64,000 bases of DNA from Octopus vulgaris (Eukaryota). Position numbers and translations under genes: made by a program. This document shows positions 1 to 13,212 of this stretch, piece by piece (position 1 is the first letter of the stretch; every line of letters begins with the position of its first letter). The DNA lies in the NCBI GenBank assembly GCA_951406725.2, contig OX597827.1:9424001-9488000 (forward strand). Direction: 5' to 3'. The notes beneath the pieces are model-generated. The model was given only the letters and a program-made list of their open reading frames with translations, was not told the DNA's origin and searched no databases.

Positions 1-83
1 CTAACTGCATATATCCAGTGCACATGTCTGCAAAATTTTAATCTTCTGCTTTTTTGTCGAAATGAAGCTGAGTTTAATTAAGT

Positions 84-125
<42 letters not shown>

Positions 126-129
126 CAAT

Positions 130-186
130 TGTTTGTTTGTACTCCACCTGCCTTCGTCTTTTGTTTATTTTCATAAAGCTTCCCGT

Positions 187-187
<1 letters not shown>
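130..187 (+). mobile_element. 3' fragment of Penelope-LTR-like module, family P2
   Basis: tgtttgtttgtactccacctgccttcgtcttttgtttattttcataaagcttccc matches the end of the copy at 53543-53731; flanked by (TA)n. Confidence 0.7.
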
Positions 188-216
<29 letters not shown>

Positions 217-218
<2 letters not shown>

Positions 219-389
219 TAATCCAAACAAGAAAGCACAAAAAAACACAACGCGAGGACATGGAACAAATATAGTATTATTGGACGCTCAGGAAAGAAGG
301 AAAGAAGGAGAGTTTAACGTTTCGAGTGGAGCTCTTCGTCGGAAACATAGGAGAAGGAAAGATCCAGAGAAGGGAAGACAGAGGAAAAA
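217..389 (-). mobile_element. Penelope-LTR/retrozyme-like module, family P1, with minimal HHR motif at 312-346
   Basis: Minus strand GTTT-CCGACGA-A-GAG-CTCCA-CTC-GAAACGTT-AAAC; near-identical to 23434-23640 and 23740-23945; lies in (TA)n. Confidence 0.7.
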
Positions 390-559
<170 letters not shown>

Positions 560-994
560 AACAGTGGTTCTCAACCAATATGTCACAGCACACCACAATT
601 ATTTAAAAATATGATTTAAAACTGCAGAGCAGCTGTTCTCAATCATTTTTGCACCATGGACAGGGAAATCCCATACATAACACAACACAATAACATGCAT
701 AATACATAATTTAGTTACTACATACTATCAAATATAATTATTACATTGTGTATTATACACTTTATTTCTACTATTATTATGTTGTAATATAGATAAAACA
801 ATTCAAAATTTCAAAATTTAATCTCCGCAAAATTTGTTTACTTACAGAAAGACATGTGTATCAACCAAATCTACTCATAATGCTTTGATTGACCTGGAGA
901 AGACACTTGCCCAATGTGGCATTCAATAGGATTGAATGATAAACCATATGATTGGGGAGTAAAGTTCTTAACCACACAGCCATATCTATAAATA

Positions 995-1203
995 TTCTAC
1001 TCCAGGTACAAAGCCCGAAATTTCTGGGGAGAGGGCCAATCGATTAGATCGATACAAGTATGCTACTGGTACTTAACTTATCGACCCTGAAAGAATGAAA
1101 GGCAAAGTCGACCTCAGCAGATTTTGAACTCAGAACATATAAACAGACAAAATACCACTAAGCATTTTGCCAGCGTGCTAACGTTTCTGCCAGCTTACCC
1201 CCT
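995..1203 (-). mobile_element. SINE family B, diverged copy with alternative tail
   Basis: Reverse complement of the core gtcgactttgcctttcatcctttcggggtcgataa with tRNA-like head. Confidence 0.8.
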
Positions 1204-1214
1204 TTAAATAAAAT

Positions 1215-1798
1215 ATTCTTTTCTACTCTAGGCACAAGGCCTGAAATTTTGGGGGAGGGCGCCAGTCAATTAGATCGACCCCAGTACTCAACTGGTACTT
1301 AATTTATCGACCCCGAAAGGATGAAAGGCAAAGTCAACCTCAGTGGAATTTGAACTCAGAACATATAGACAGATGAAATACCTATTTCTTTACTACCCAC
1401 AAGGGGCTAAACACAGAGCGGACAAACAAGGACAGACAAAGGTATTAAGTCGATTACATCGACCCCAGTGCGTAACTGGTACTTAATTTATCGACCCCGA
1501 AAGGATGAAAGGCAAAGTCAACCTCGGTGGAATTTGAACTCAGAACATATAGACAGATGAAATACCTATTTCTTTACTACCCACAAGGGGCTAAACACAG
1601 AGCGGACAAACAAGGACAGACAAAGGTATTAAGTCGATTACATCGACCCCAGTGCGTAACTGGTACTTAATTTATCGACCCCGAAAGGATGAAAGGCAAA
1701 GTCAACCTCAGTGGAATTTGAATTCAGAACATATAGACAAATGAAATACCACTAAACATTTCACCTGGCATGCTAACATTTCTGCCAGCTTGCAGCCT
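1215..1798 (-). mobile_element. Nested/tandem SINE B array (184-bp period)
   Basis: Unit cctatttctttactacccac...gatgaaata starts at 1381 and 1565; core repeated three times. Confidence 0.85.
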
Positions 1799-2552
1799 TC
1801 ATTTTTTTTTTTTTTTTTGCTGTAGTTTCAGCTCATAGCTGCGGCCATGCTGATGCACCACCCTTATAAATATTACAGTAACAAAAGTGACTTAAATTTA
1901 GGAAAAATAAATCTTTCCAATATTTTGGTCTTAATATACTCCAACTTTGATCTGAAAAGATGAAAAGTGTAGTAAACTGCAAACATCAACAAAACTACAG
2001 TAATATATACAGAGATTACTTGCTAAAGAAATGTGGGCTGCAATGTTTAAACTATGCGATATAGTGTGAGCAGAGGAGAAGCTCATGGCAAATTTTTTTA
2101 GATGTTGCAGCCTAACATTTTTTCTTCATATTGTGAGACTTGTTTTGTCATAACCATTTTAAAGATTTCTAAATAACTCATAGAGATATTTACGGTGGTG
2201 GGGCCAGTACATAAATAAACTTCACTGAAATTTAGATATATATATTTGCGAAGTCGGGACAGATATCTGCGGCTGGTGGGCTACTGCTACTCTAGATCGA
2301 TGATGGACAAAGATCCTGAAACATGCGTGCCTCTAGATGCAGGCCTGGCTGCTGGGGGTGTTTGTCTCCCCTTCGTAAATATATAAGGACACAGGAATAA
2401 TGTGTCGAAGCCATCAGGAAGCGTTGATGCTTCCTAGGGCTAAACAGCGGTGGTGTAATCCCCTACTGTCACGTTAAATTGACAGTATACAACCATTCAT
2501 TTTAAAGATGTTTATTGTATAATTCTTATTTTAAATTGTTCATTTAACAGTT

Positions 2553-3030
2553 AGGGTAAAGAGTAAAGACCCCTTTCAGTCATGAATGACTGGAATTGCA
2601 CCTAAAGAGTTACCCTCTGAGGCACAAGTCTGGGCAAGCTTATTTTATGGAAAGCCAAGAGTCACCCATGCATACCTATTTCTTTATTACCCACAAGGGG
2701 CTAAACATAGAAGGGACAAACAAGGACAGACATAGGTATTAAGTCGATTACATCGACCTCAGTGTGTAACTGGTACTTAATTTATCGACCCCGAAAGGAT
2801 GAAAGGTAAAGCCGACCTCGGCGGAATTTGAACTCACAACGTAACGGCAGACGAAATACCGCTAAGCATTTCACCCGACGTGCTAACGTTTCTGCCGGCT
2901 CTCCGCCTTAGTCACCCATGCATACCAGCTTCCTCCTCCCCACGCCACTGATGTTATCCAAGGGAAAGGCAAAGGCTGATACAGCTTGGCACCAGTGCCG
3001 TCACCACTAATTTCTACAGCTGAGTGAAGT
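2553..3030 (-). mobile_element. SINE family E (3' part) interrupted by SINE B
   Basis: Reverse-complement similarity to 32340-32547. Confidence 0.75.
2677..2909 (-). mobile_element. SINE B, full length, 17-bp TSD
   Basis: TSD agtcacccatgcatacc at 2660-2676 and 2910-2926. Confidence 0.9.
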
Positions 3031-3307
3031 GTTTGACAGTTAACAGATTGTTAAAATGGAAACATTGGTTTCTAATTTTGGCACAAAGCCAGCAATTTCA
3101 GGGTAGGGGTTAAGTTGATCACAGTGACCCCAGTGCTCAACTGGTTCTAATTTTATCAATCCCAAAAGGATGAAAGGCAAAATCAGCCTTGATGGAATTT
3201 GAACTTAGAAAGTAAGGACAGATGAAATGCTGCTAAAATAAGAATAAAAGAATATTTATTTTCTTCCACATTCTATAATGTTAATTTATCTTCATTACTT
3301 CTCTTTT

Positions 3308-3556
3308 ATCATCATCATCATCATCATCATCATCGTTTAACGTCCGCTTTCCATGCTAGCATGGGTTGGACGGTTCAACTGGGGTCTGGGAAGCCAGGGG
3401 CAGCACCAGGCTCCAGTCTGATCTGGCAGTGTTTCTACAGCTGGATGGCCTTCCTAACGCCATCCACTCCATGAGTGTAGTGGGTGCTTTTTATGTGCCA
3501 CCGACACAGGTGCCAGGCGAGGCTGGCGAACGGCCATGCTCGGATGGTGCTTTATA
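3308..3556 (-). mobile_element. SINE/LINE-tail family C with (ATG)n tail
   Basis: (cat)n-cgtttaacgtccgctttccatgctagcatgggttggacgg, shared with about nine other copies. Confidence 0.85.
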
Positions 3557-3769
3557 TTTAAAATAACTTTCTTCAAATAAAAAACAGTATTTTGATAGGT
3601 GTGGGCATGGCTGTGTGGTAAGAAGTTTGCTTCCCTAAAACAAGGTTTTAGGTTCAGTCCCACTGCATGGCACCTTGAGCAAGTAAGGTCCACTATAGCC
3701 TTGTACCAAACAAGGCCTTGTGAGTGGAATGCTTGTTTGTATGTATGTCATTGTGCAATAATTTGTTAG

Positions 3770-3922
3770 TGTAATGTATGTATGTAGGTATGTATTATGT
3801 ATGTATGTATGTATGTATGTATGTATGTATGTATTATGTATGTATGTATTATGTATGTATGTATGTATGTATGTATGTATGTATGTATGTATGTATGTAT
3901 GTATGTATGTATGCATGCATGC

Positions 3923-3955
<33 letters not shown>
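3770..3955. repeat. (TATG)n microsatellite
   Basis: Direct reading. Confidence 0.97.
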
Positions 3956-3960
3956 CGTAC

Positions 3961-4050
3961 GAGAAAGAGCCAGTAGAATTTCCACATCAACAACAGGGTA
4001 TTTTTGTATGTATGTATGTATGTATGTATGTATGTATGTATGTATGTATG

Positions 4051-4084
<34 letters not shown>

Positions 4085-5400
4085 TGTATGTATGTATGTA
4101 TGTATGTATTTTTGTATGTATGTATGTATGTATGTATGTATGTATGTATGTATGTATGTATGTATGTATGTATATATGTACAGATTTGTATGCTTTATGT
4201 ATGTATTCTCATGCATATAATTACATATCTAGACATGCTCCAGTATATTTAAATGATAAACTTCTGGAAAGTTTTACAGATTTTTCCTGTTCCAGTGATG
4301 GATTGGATCTGTAGTTTTCGAATTAGCTTTCTCCTTTCTGGTTTTGAGAAGCCTAATTTCTCAACATTGGTATTTAGGCAGTGCGTTACATATCCAATGA
4401 CCCCAATAATTACAGGTATAAACCTGAACTTGCAATCTGGATAGAGTAACTGCAGATTTCTCGATAGTTCAGCATAAGTGCTCCCTTTTTCACTGATCTT
4501 CAGCTTTATGTTAACATCTGCTGAGCAGCTAATTTTCAAAACTATGCACATTTTCTCTTCTCTATCCCAAATCATTATATCAGGTCTGTTGTGCTTACAT
4601 TTTACTGAGGTCTTCACTGGTACATTCCACCAGTATTCCTTTTTATTATGAGTGGCTATGGCTTCTACCATATTGTGGGTTCTTATTTCCTTTGTCCTCG
4701 GGATTATCCTTCCGATGGATTTTATTATAGAGGGTCCCAGCTACAACATCATGTCTCATCAGTAGATAATACCGTGATGACATTTTCTTATAACTGCTTA
4801 TGATGTGGGTGATATCTTCAGTGTAAACTCCACAAAGTCTGCATTGGTTGTCACACTTTATCAGCATCACTATCCCTTTTGTGCATCAGGTACTTGGTTG
4901 ATATTTCCTGTTCCTGGATTGCAAATGCACTCCCTTCAAAGTGGGAGGTAGTAATCCGGCTATTGGTACATGATAAACTGCTTTGAGGATCAATGTTACT
5001 ATCACTACGGAGCTTTCTATTAACATATCCACGAATAGTCTTCTACTCATATAGGCTTATCCTTTCATCTGATGATACATTGCGGTAGAGTCGTGTGACT
5101 TCTTTGGGCATGTATTCTAGGTTATCAGACAAAGCGTGTTGATCAAGGAGCTGCCTTCCAAGTCTTACAGTGTTATCATCCTCCTGTATGTAAACTCGGT
5201 CAAGGGATGCACTTCAACACTTGGTGGTTAAAAGATGTTGCTGAAGGGATAGGATGCAACATTCAAAGGCATTTTGGATTGATGTTAAACCTCGTCCACC
5301 TTGTTTTAGGTAGAAGCAGTCTACATCACTGTTTATGTGGAAATTATGTGTGCTTGTTAGTATTTTTCAGGTTTTCACATCATTAGCTCAGATCTCATTA
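3961..5400 (-). mobile_element. 5'-truncated, frameshifted R4/Dong-like non-LTR retrotransposon (restriction-like endonuclease)
   Basis: Minus ORFs give CRLCGVYTEDITHIISS (degenerate CCHC knuckle), RHDVVA, YWWNVPVKT..KHNRPDIMIWD (RLE PD motif), IPVIIGVIG. Unique sequence at 3961-4005 is probably the 3' terminus. Confidence 0.85.
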
Positions 5401-5402
5401 AG

Positions 5403-5548
5403 TGTATGTATGTATGTATGTATGTATGTATGTATGTATGTATGTATGTATGTATGTATGTATGTATGTATGTATGTATGTATGTATGCATGTATGTATG
5501 CATGTATGTATGTATATATGTATGTATATATGTATGCATGTATGTATG

Positions 5549-5579
<31 letters not shown>

Positions 5580-5800
5580 ATATGTATGTATGTATATATG
5601 TATGTATGTATGTATGTATATATGAATGTATCTATGTATGTATGTATGCATGTATGTATGTATGTAGTATGTATGTATGTATATATGTATGCATGTATGT
5701 ATGTATGCATGTATGTATGTATGTATGTATATATGTATGCATGTATGTATCTTTGTATGCATGCATGCATGTATGTGTGTGTGTGTGCATGTGTGTGTGT
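5403..5800. repeat. (TATG)n/(TG)n microsatellite
   Basis: Direct reading. Confidence 0.97.
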
Positions 5801-5811
5801 CTGCGTCCCCC

Positions 5812-6005
5812 TCCTCACTGCTTGACAAACGATGTTGGTGTGTTTACACCCCTGTAACTTAGGGATTTGGCAATAGATAGACAGAATAAGTACAGAGCTT
5901 TAAAATAATAAGTACTGGAGTTAATGCATTTGACTAAAAATTCTTCAAGTTAGTGCACCAGCATGGCCATGGTCTAATGACTGAAACAAGTAAAAAAGCT
6001 GAAAG
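5812..6005 (+). mobile_element. Old SINE A, 3' half
   Basis: ctgcttgacaaacgatgttggtgtgtttac...cagcatggccatggtctaatgactgaaac. Confidence 0.75.
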
Positions 6006-6049
6006 AAGTATCAGCAATCATGGACCACCATGCCATAGTCTAAAGATAC

Positions 6050-6460
6050 TTTCTCTTTTAATCTTTTACTTGTTTCAGTCATTTGACTGTGGCCATGCTG
6101 GAGCACCGCTTTTAGTCAAACAAATCGACTCCAGGACTTATTCTTTGTAAGCCTAGTACTTATTCTATTGGTCTCTTTTGCCGAACCGCTAAGTTATGAG
6201 GATGTAAACACACCAGCATTGGTTATCAAGCGAAGTTGGGGGACAAACACAGATACACAAACATATGCACAAACACACACACATATATATATATATATAC
6301 AATGGGCTTCTTTCAGTTTCCATCTACCAAATCCACTCACAAGGCTTTGGTGGGCCTGAGGCTACAGTAGAAGACACTTACTCAAGGTGCCACGCAGTGG
6401 GACTGAACCTGGAACCATGTGGTTCGTAAGCAAGCTACTTACCACACAGCCACTCCTACA
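6050..6460 (-). mobile_element. SINE A (tRNA-derived, about 400 bp, internal (TA)n(TG)n)
   Basis: Head ggagtggctgtgtggtaag (A box) and ggttcagtccc (B box); tail gactgaaacaagtaaaaga. Confidence 0.9.
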
Positions 6461-9400
6461 TGATTTTTCTCGGGAAAGATGCAGCAGTGATTTCCCATTG
6501 CTTTCTACCAGTTTATTTACTGTTTATTCTGCTAGTCTCCAACTCCTAAGCTTGTCCTTGATGCACGGGACTTATCTAACTTTAAGCAGAGGGACTGGAT
6601 CATATGGCATCAGGGCATATCCACACACTGGTGGGCTTAAGTGAATCATATCTGAGTCACAGGACCATCTACAATTTCAACTGTAAATGGAAATTTTGAC
6701 GAGTAATTCCACCTTGGCACAGAGAAGGCCTTGCATTGGAAATGCCTAAGGGGTAACTCTATATTCCTCAAATCTCCTGAACTTCTGAGCTAGAGACTCA
6801 GTATGGTTATGGTTTAATGTTTTACCCAGAACAGTTGAACACCATGAATATTATTATATGCTTCTAAGACTATTAGTTCGTTTGTTTCTACAGAAATAGT
6901 ATGTATATGTGATACAATAATGGTATATTTTCTACCTGGCAGCAATTTGCAGTGTCCTTCATCTGCTTTATTCCAACCAGTTCCACTTTCTGTATAAGAT
7001 ATTGAAGTCATCTCACTGTAGCGGTATGGAGGATTTACCGAAGTCTCTTTATCATTTCTTCCAAGAGATTTTCTGGTTGCTTGCTGAGGACTTGTCTGTC
7101 AACATTGAAAAATGAAAGAGAAAAGTGGATTTATTCAAAAATATACTGTGTTTCATTGGTTGATCATTAAAAAAATTTTCACAAAGACTTTCGAACTGCT
7201 GCCAATATAATATACTGAAAATATCATTTTTGGCAGGAGATTTACAAAAAGAAGAGGGAAAAACAAGAAAGGAAATATCTTTTTCTCTGCCAAATTGTAT
7301 ACAAAACCATCATTTTGTTTATGCCAAAACTGAAAACATTGTAAATTTCTTAAATACTAATATTATGTTGTTACTGTTGGCTTTAGAGATGTCACCACAG
7401 TTTACTGGTCAATAAATGAAGTCTGTGAAGGAAGAACAAAGTTCAAATGATAGGTAGTATTTCATTTTGTTTGACAAATTCTATGAAAACAGAAATAGCA
7501 ATAATTATGAAAACTAATAATAACATAAACAGCGTCATCTCATTTAATGGTATTAAAATGAAGAATTAAATAAATTAAAATTTTCAACAACATAGAAGAA
7601 AATTTATTATGCTAATTCTACTGAGATTTTACTGATTTCTCTGTATATTGGAAATAAAATCATACCACAATGAAGAATAGTAAAAACCAACAAAAAAGCA
7701 AAAACATATAATATATATGTATAGAACTAATCAAATATTTTATGAAAGAAGAAAATATAAGTATTTTGTTGAAGAAAAAATACATTATATATTTTAACAA
7801 TGAGTAGAAATAAACAGGATTTGAGAAATAGCATTAGGCAGAGAAGATATTGTATTAAAGGTTCTAGACTATTTAAAGGACAAGCAGAAAATGGAAACTA
7901 TTGTGAGAACAATGATATCTGAAGTAAGAAAAGAATAATTCCAAGGAGGAACCAGCCCACTACAATATATTGAAATGAAATGAAACAAATTGCTTATGAA
8001 GAACAATAGGTAGTTTTCCATTTTTTTTTGTTTTTTTTTTTAGTAACAACAAAGCAGGTAAGCCAGCCATAGAGTTACAACCACCATGCTACTTCCTGCA
8101 AGCGTCACAACCTTCATTTTTCCTCCTGGCGTTTGTCATGAAATGAAGCATAGTGGCACAGTAAGCAATAGATTCTGTATAATGAAACATTATTTTCATT
8201 TCAGTTCAGTTTCTCAGTTTATTGTGTGAAAACATGCTTTTTTTTATTATATTATATTTACTTTATTTTATTTAAAACCTTGTGTTATGCTTGTGTTATA
8301 TAGTGTTCAATACAAATGAAGATTTCCTTCATGCAAACAATTGAATTCATACGTTAGTCTTCATGTTGAACATTATTATGATTATAATTGCTAACTTTCG
8401 TGCTTTTATCTTCTCTCTTGAATTTTTTAATCATGTTTTCTGTTTTTTTTTAAAAAAATATTTATTATTTCTATAAAGAAGGTTGGCTTTGACTTTCATC
8501 CATCTGTGGTCAATAAAGTAAGTATGCTACTGACTTACCCAACAACAACAACTAATTCCCTCCCTTCTCTAAATGGTTTTGTGCCAAAACAAAAGAAATC
8601 ACTATAACTATTAAGTTGCTAATAGGTAACATGACAACCATTGTAACCTTTATATACATTACATGTTCAGAATAAATGGGTGAGCAGAAGAAAAGCTTTT
8701 TATAAAATTCTAGAGGTAGTGACAAGGGTATTGTATGTAATCTTTGTAGAGTATTTTAAAGACCATTACACAAATATTAAGATGGGGATTGTAGCTAGCG
8801 TAGATGTTTTCATAATGGCATAAAGAATGCGAGTGAAATCCTGGTGTTCTAAAATGTGAGTAAATTAAATACCTACAAAATAGTCTGCCAACTGTAATGC
8901 TATTTCTAAGAACCAGATTAAATTATTTTAACCAGGAAGAGGGAAGATAATTGGTTATGAACACAAAGCCTATAGCTGCATCTCCCTTCTCTTAGTAGGT
9001 ACAGATCAACCTTAAAAAACATTGATGAGAAGAAACTGTGGTTGTAGGCCATACACAGCTTCGATAAAGAAAAGTTTCTATCAGAGTTAAATAGCAAGTG
9101 AGAAAAAATAAATAAGAAAAGCTACGAATTTCACCAAGGGGTGCTGTTTATTTGCCCCAAGTCAGCTTCATACAGTAAACCTATCTATAAAACATTCTTT
9201 TAGTTTTCCAAGTTAGTGTGTACACAGATACACATGTGCACATGTATTCATGCACACACACCCACACATACACTCACACATGCACATAGACACATTCACA
9301 CACACACGTACGTACACACAGCCATGCACACACACAGAGGTGTACTACAGAAAGAAAGTAGGACTCGGCTCATGTTGTGGAAGTTAGAAGTAAATAATAA

Positions 9401-9484
9401 AAGACAGACTCAGCATTATCTTGTTTGAAGTTTCATTGATGCAAATAACAATACCCAGTTCATTAGTTGTGTGTGTATCCATCC

Positions 9485-9656
9485 AGGCGCAAGAGTGGCT
9501 GTGTGGTAAGTAGCTTGCTAACCAACCACATGGTTCCGGGTTCAGTCCCACTGTGTGGTATCTTGGGCAACTGTCTTCTGCTATAGCCCCGGGCTGACCA
9601 ATGCTTTGTGAGTGGATTTGGTAGACGGAAACTGAAAGAAGCCTGTCGTATATATG

Positions 9657-9687
<31 letters not shown>

Positions 9688-9892
9688 TTGTGTGTCTGTT
9701 TGTCCCCCTAGCATTGCTTGACAACCGATGCTGGCGTGTTTATGTCCCCGTCACTTAGCAATTCGGCAAAAGAGGCCGATAGAATAAGTACTAGGCTTAC
9801 AAAGAATAAGTCCTGGGGTTGATTTGTTCGACTAAAGGTGGTGCTCCAGCATGGCTGCAGTCAAATGACTGAAACAAGTAAAAGAGTAAAGA
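9485..9892 (+). mobile_element. SINE A, full length
   Basis: Consensus match; TSD tatccatcca. Confidence 0.92.
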
Positions 9893-10082
9893 ATATCCAT
9901 CCATCCATAAATACATACATATTTATATACACACACATACACATATACACACACATAAATATGTATGATATTGTTGAAGGTGTTCTTCTTTCAGTCACAT
10001 GGTATGATGGGATTCAAAAGAGGCTTCTTTGCTATTTCTTAGTAATTGAGTAACCACATAGACGCTCCTTTATCAGCTTGCC

Positions 10083-10310
10083 TTAACCCTTTCGTTACCA
10101 TATTTCTGTTGAGATGCTCTGTGTTTCTTTCAATTACTTTAAATATAACAAAGAATTTAGTAAAATAACTTAGTTATCATTAAGCTTGCGTTAGGAACAT
10201 AAATTGTGACTAAGGTTTGGTGGAAGATTTTAACTGAAAACTTATGAAAACAAGACATTTGTATTCAGAACCAGAGCCGGTTTCAGCCGGGTTGGTAACG
10301 AAAGAATTAA
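10083..10310. mobile_element. piggyBac-like MITE
   Basis: TTAA-ccctttcgttacc ... ggtaacgaaagaa-TTAA; diverged relative at 31241-31472. Confidence 0.75.
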
Positions 10311-11009
10311 ACCTAGGTGTGATTGTCTAATCTCAGGTCAACTTTGTTGAAGTGGATTTTTTGATCAACAAATCTTATACATGACCATCACATTTTTGCT
10401 AGAAATATGTAAAATGATCAGATATCTATTTAAAAAAAAAAACAGTAGAAAGAGATTTGAAGCAGATTTGGTGCTACATCTAGCAGGCCATGTAACTGTA
10501 CAGTGGGATTTTCATTGGTTCATAATGTATCTAGTATATAAGACAGGTATTGAAGAAAAAAAAAATCTTATTTTAGCTTCTAACAATGTCTGATAATGGA
10601 GCCAGTAGGAGTCTGGATAATCAACAGGCAACTCAATACTGAAGAATGGTGGAATAGATAAAAAAATATAAAAATCAATGACAGATCTGGAAGGAAAACA
10701 AAAAAAGAATCTGAGAGAAATCATAGCAAAAGCTCCACATCAAATCTTCCTATTAATAGACACACTGAGAAGCACATTGACAAGGGAGTTTCTATGCAGT
10801 TGCTTAAGAAATAGCAGCTAAATTTTCCTCAAATACACTCCACCATATGGTTTCTGATATGCAAAATGATAGGATGGTAATGCTGGAGAGGCTTTGATTA
10901 TAACTTAGCTTGGTCAGTGTAGAATGGGGCTGAACTATGGTGACAACATAGAAATAGTAACCAAATCTCCCTCAAATACATGCTACCAGATTAAAAAGTA
11001 AACTATATA

Positions 11010-11232
11010 AGGCGGCGAGCTGGCAGAATCGTTAGCACGCAGGGCGAAATGCGTAGTCGTATTTCGTCTGCTGTCACGTGTTCTGGGTTCAAATTCCGCC
11101 GAGGTCGACTTTGCCTTTCATCCTTTCGGTGTCGATAAATTAAGTACCAGTTATGCACTGGGGTCGATATAATCGACTTAATCCCTTTGTTTGTCCCCTC
11201 TATGTTTAGCCCCTTGTGGGTAGTAAAGAAAT
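11010..11232 (+). mobile_element. SINE B, full length
   Basis: ggcggcgagctggcagaatcgttagcacg...ggttcaaattcc...ccccttgtgggtagtaaagaaata. Confidence 0.9.
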
Positions 11233-11939
11233 ATATATTATAGGATTTTATGTGATATTCGTACTTGTAGGATGCGTCACATCTCGTTACATAGTTGTAG
11301 AAAGGAAAAATAGCAGGAACATGAATCTCTGAACAAATAACAACAATAATTTATTTTCGCCAAAATAAGCATTTCATCTCTGGACATTGGTAGTGTGGAT
11401 GCCTGGGGTTGAAAGCAGCAGAATCGGTTTAAATCACAACTGTTGAAAGCATTCTTCACAGCTCGCCAAATCTGGTTCGCCTTCACTCGGAGCTTTGTCT
11501 GGTCGCGCCTGAATCCGTCGACAGCAGGAAGCAAAGAGACAGAATAGCGGTAAAAGCTAGCTGCTGCTGATAACTGCACATGCGCATAAGGGACTTCCAG
11601 GAGGCCTACCAGAAGACACTAATCCTTGCACATGCACAGATGAACATCCCAAAATGGTGACTGAACCTGGCGTCACTACAATATTTAGCAATATGGTTTC
11701 TGATGTACAAAAAGTTGGGATTGCTTGCAGTACCATAGAATACTGTTGCCAAACAAGTTGAATGTCCAGTCAGCTGTGTTGAATCATCAGCATCTGAATT
11801 TCTACACCCATTCAACTCATTCTCCTCTGTTCCTTACAGATGGTTGATCTCCTATCCCTTCTGCTCAGGTACCCTCAACCTACTTCTCTTCTCTTATTTC
11901 CTATATTGTGTTGATCCTGTTTCCACAGTATCCATTACA

Positions 11940-12004
11940 TCATCATTGTCATCATCATCATCATCATCATCGTCGTCGTCATCACCACCACCATCATCAT
12001 CACC

Positions 12005-12038
<34 letters not shown>

Positions 12039-12300
12039 TTTAACGTCCACTCTCCATGCTGGCATGATGGGTTAGACGGTTTGACTGGAGCTGATGAGCC
12101 GGAGAGTTGCACTAGGTTTCGGTCTGATTTGGCAAGGTTTCGACAGCCAGCTGGATGCCCTTCCTAACGCCAATCATTCCAAGAGTGTAATGGGTGCTTT
12201 TAAATGCCCTGGCATTTATATGACACCAGCAACGACCACAACTATGATTCACAGGTGTGATTGACACGGCACCTGCAATGACCACGACCATGATGCATGG
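11940..12300 (-). mobile_element. Family C, diverged, long (ATG)n/(GTG)n tail
   Basis: tttaacgtccactctccatgctggcat...ggatgcccttcctaacgccaa. Confidence 0.75.
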
Positions 12301-12679
12301 GTGTCATTTACATGGCACTGGCTGTGACCACAACTACAATTCAATGGTGTGACTTACATGAATAAGAAAATATCTGTGAAAGTAATCTGTACAGTCTCTT
12401 TCACTAGACCAAACCAAATTACCTCCTGACACCTGACAAAGCAAATTTGTGAGTTAGATATTCTATGAAAATTCCATCTTATTTTTTCTTGGGACAGTAT
12501 TTCTGGAACTACTTTATCCAATGTGTTCTTCCTTTGAGTCAAAAGTTAAGCTATGATATGAGAGAAATTAATCCACTATAGCTAACAGATTGTTTTCTAA
12601 GTTGGTATGTGTTTGATAAGTCAATGGTAAATCATCATTCATCTTAATCAGAATGTCTTTGAAGAGAAATCTTTCCCAT

Positions 12680-13088
12680 AGGTGCAGGAGTGGCTGTGTG
12701 GCAAGTAGCTTGCTTACCAACCACATGGTTCCGGGTTCAGTCCCACTGCGTGGCACCTTGGGAAAGGGTCTTGTACCACGGCCTCGGGCCGACCAAAGCC
12801 TTGTGAGTGGATTTGGTAGATGGAAACTGAAAGAAGCCTGTTGTATATATATATATGTGTGTGTTTGTGTGTTTGTGTGTCTGTGTTTGTCCCCCCAACA
12901 TTGCTTGACAACCGATGCTGGTTTGTTTACATCCCCATTACTTAACGGTTCAGCAAAAGAGACTGATAGAATAAGTACTAGGCTTACAAAGAATAAGTCC
13001 TGGGGTCGATTTGCTCGACTAAAAGGTGGTGCTCCAGCATGGCCACAGTCAAATGACTGAAACAAATAAAAGAGAGTAAAAGAGTAAA
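12680..13088 (+). mobile_element. SINE A
   Basis: Consensus match. Confidence 0.9.
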
Positions 13089-13166
13089 TGGTATGAGATC
13101 ATTTGGTCTAAGTAACACTGAAAAAGGCATTAATGTATTATATCTACATCTTGCCAAACATGGGAA

Positions 13167-13209
<43 letters not shown>

Positions 13210-13212
13210 CAT

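Noticed and set aside
562-660. cagtggttctcaacc hAT-like terminus (also near 63729)
   Set aside because: No partner TIR or 8-bp TSD found
1290-1750. Regular repeats here and at 51851-51915 as a CRISPR array
   Set aside because: No unique spacers, no cas genes, eukaryotic retroposon context
9485-9560. tRNA-like heads of SINE A, B, D and E as tRNA genes
   Set aside because: A and B boxes run on into SINE bodies; no acceptor stem or terminator
12358-12550. Minus-strand segment with good acceptor and CAT|gtaagt donor
   Set aside because: Stops in all three frames after the acceptor; at most a non-coding exon, unsupported
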